From Lepidodermella squamata (taxonomy: Eukaryota > Animalia > Gastrotricha), in contig JBLDXI010000002.1 in NCBI GenBank assembly GCA_047495785.1, forward strand, positions 1,922,001 through 1,986,000: 64,000 nucleotides of DNA, given 5' to 3'. Positions 61,089 to 64,000 of this stretch are shown in pieces. The notes under the pieces are model-generated. The model did no database searches. It was not told the DNA's origin and saw nothing but the letters and a program-made list of their open reading frames with translations. Each line of letters opens with the position of its first letter. Within the stretch, counting starts at the first letter, position 1. The position numbers were made by a program, and so were the translations under genes.

Positions 61089-62867
61089 TCCCTCACGTGA
61101 CCCCACGTGACCCCACCTTGGACCATGACCGTGACCAAAAAAAAACATTTATCTATTCGTCATTTTCCTCAAATATTGTAAAAATTAAGTTCGGAAGATG
61201 AAATTGAAATTTTGAAATTGAAATGGGAAGAAAAAGAGAAATATCTCCGATTTACAATAATCTGAATTTCTCTCATTTGAAAATGCCCAAACTAGGCTGA
61301 AATATACGATAATGTTACGGTAAAAATTAAATATTCAAAAATGCCAGTGTTTTCGCTTTCTTCAAAACCTGAAACAGCATCAGACGTTCAGCTGCGAATA
61401 AATAATGCTATTATAAAGATAATTGCATAAATTATCGAAAGAGAGCCGATTCGAAGCGAAAATAAAAGAAATTGAAGTACAATTGTTCAGAATTTTTCCT
61501 AATTTTAGAGAAGTGGGGTTTGGCATCAATATTGTCAGCATCGTGGGATTTTGATTTCTCTTTCAAGATCGGTGAACGCAGAGTCGAACAAGGCCAGCAA
61601 AAAAGGGTTTCAAAGCTTGAGGAAATATTTTAAAAAATATTTTAAAATATTTTAAAAAATACGCGCTTCAAAAATTTTGAATTTATCGGTTTTAATAATC
61701 CGCCATACTACAAATGTCAAAAAAACTTTCCTAATTTCAGTCGATACATCTTCTGGGTATTCCGAGGTGATGAATCTCGCTCTGATAATCAGAATTTTCA
61801 TTAGGATCATGCTAGTTTTCATGTTTTAACCAGACTTTTCGGCGACACTGGGGTTTTCCACCTTTTAAGGAGGATGGGACCACCCCGTACGAGTTCTGAA
61901 GTTAAAAATTAGAAATCTGCAAGACAGACTGAATATCATTGATCCCGAGAATCGCCTTTGTTCAACCCAATGACTGAGATTTTATGGAAAATTCAGACCA
62001 AACCCCACTTTTCACTTGTTAATAGGCATTATCCTTTAGCCGGTCAAAAAATGGCCTTTGGCTAAAATGAGTACACTCGATTTCCAGTCTTTACCTCCCC
62101 CACTAAAACCCTTTCTTTCAACATTCTTTGTCTGTTTTTTAATGGGCTTTTTAAATTACGTTTTTTATATGACTATTAATAACCAATAAAACCCCCAGTT
62201 TATTGTAGTTTGAATATTCTTTTAATCCTCATTTACCTAGATAATGCCATAAAACTTTAAGATGCATATCACGAGGACACTTAATTATCAACTGGCCGTA
62301 TTTTCGGAGGCCACTTTACAACTTGTTATACATATGCCGTTACTGCTTCTACCTATACACTGACTGACCACTTGTTGGCGTAAACCGCAGCAGATGATGA
62401 TGACTAGGTATATTTCACCGGCGGTGTGTACGTATGAGACAAAGAGCATCACCATCATTATCATCGTCGTCAGCAATAGAATAAGAAAAAAACGCGCACC
62501 AAGGTGAAAAAGCAACCGGTTTATTGTTATTACCAAGCAGCAGGGCAATTAGCGAGAAATTGCGAACGGGTCACGTGTCTGCGTTCTGACCTGATAGCAA
62601 TAAAAATTCAAACCAGAGTTTTATAGCGTATATAATAATTTTTCATCATGAAAAAAAGTACAACGATAAATTTGGCCGGCCGGCTATTGCGTGCAAGTGT
62701 GGAGGTGTGGATTGGCGCACCCCACCCCCTGTTGACACTTACACCTTCAATAATACAAAAACGTGAACGGGATTGGCACAAATTGTACAAAAAAATACGT
62801 TACGCAAAAAATACAACAGAGCAGAGCTGCTTATAGCCGCTTGGGCACACCTCTCAAGAGTGCAATG

Positions 62868-64000
62868 TTAATCGAGTTTAAAACGGGCAACAATTCGTCA
62901 AAAGACGGCCTGCAGTTGCGATCAGCCACCCAGCATCGCATTATAACGTCGTTGAACCTGAAAAAAACAATTGAAATTAAAAAAAAAATGAAAAAAGGCG
63001 CGAATTTTCTTTACATTTCATCTGGGCAGTTTTCAGGTTTCTCCAGTCGTTGGTTCTGATGGCAAACATAGTCGATAACTTCTTCATTGCTCAAGCCTCG
63101 ATACGGCTCGGTCTTGCACTCTGGAAAATTCCAGAAATTATATCAAAATTAAACAAAAAATAATAGCAATACTCGTGAAAATTTCCCAGCAAACGACACC
63201 AAAGCTCCAAACATCTGATTTCTCCTCGAATTTTCGTTGTAGAATCGATTCAGGTGGATGCCAACGAACTGGCAAAGGTCGCGGGTTGGCTGATGACCAG
63301 TAATAGCTGCCCTCGTGTAGGTCCCTCGCGAGGCCGAAATCGGCGATTTTCAGAACGCCATCATGCGAAACGAGCACATTTCTCGCGGCTAAATCGCGGT
63401 GAACACATTTTTGCGTTGTCAAATACTCCATGCCGCAGCAAATTTGAAGGCAAAAATGAACCAAGGCGACGTTGGCGATATCAACGGGATGATCGCGTAG
63501 ATACGCCCGTAAATTTCCGTTTCTCATGTAGGCGAACATGATGAATGGCTGGTCTTCAATGACTGAAATTCCGATAAGGCGCAGAACATTAGGATGGTCC
63601 ATGTTTTGCATGATGTGGGCTTCTTTCAGAAAAGCGACAACGTTGACGTTATCCGTTGACTTAACGGCTTTGATCGCGACCTCCTCGTCCGGACTGCCGT
63701 TGCCACGTTTAATGACGCCGTAGTAAACGACCCCGAAATTACCCTCGCCGATCTGATCGCCAACATGGACCTTTGAGGCATCGATTCGAAGGCGTTCCAA
63801 CATGACACCCATTTCGTCGTTTCCGGAAATTTCAGCGACGAGAGCTCGAAAACTGTGCGAAGGAGTGATGTACTTGTCGAGATCTGACGAAGATTCACTC
63901 AGATTTTGCAAATTTCCTTTCTTTTTCCAGACAAATTTCCAATATCCTAGACCGACCAAGGCTATCGAAGCAATACAGCCAACAGATGCGATGGTTGCTA
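62868..64000 (-). CDS. Receptor tyrosine kinase, 3' part (TM + kinase; extends beyond the window)
   Basis: TM ...IASIALVGLGYW then KKK; GEGNFG, VAIK, HRDLAARNVL, DFGLAR, SDVWSFGV; two further small exons (~63120-63013, ~62957-62868) complete the C-lobe. Confidence 0.9.

Overview
Eukaryotic DNA from an invertebrate animal (short ~50-nt GT-AG introns, Cys-loop channel, RTK, TENT5); the species cannot be assigned from sequence alone. About 1-47 kb is a fast-evolving, TE-riddled, segmentally duplicated cluster built from three gene types. (i) Two copies of a NEK-like kinase + pseudokinase + long ankyrin-array gene whose repeats vary at the ankyrin binding-face positions; copy B is intact and copy A is broken by nested TEs. 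(ii) A divergent Cys-loop channel with a very short intracellular loop, head-to-head with copy B. (iii) A tandem family (3 intact, 2 pseudogenes) of intronless proteins that appear to fuse a catalytically dead herpes-tegument-like deubiquitinase (VTD/peptidase C76-like) domain to an isolated RBR-type RING1. My best candidate for an undescribed system is this cluster, read as a possible innate-immune/sensing locus (inference). TEs delimited with termini and TSDs: an apparently intact Mutator, a duplicated hAT MITE, a 3.8-kb Tc1-type non-autonomous element, two P-type elements, a CA..TG MITE with two tRNA-like units, and a three-level nest (Tc1-type MITE > piggyBac > young Penelope with a 1.6-kb inverted arm and three hammerhead motifs). 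Decayed LINE fragments are also present. The last ~11 kb is conventional: a secreted Cys-repeat protein, two GT10 fucosyltransferases, TENT5 and the 3' part of a receptor tyrosine kinase. All family calls come from motif recognition by eye, not database searches.
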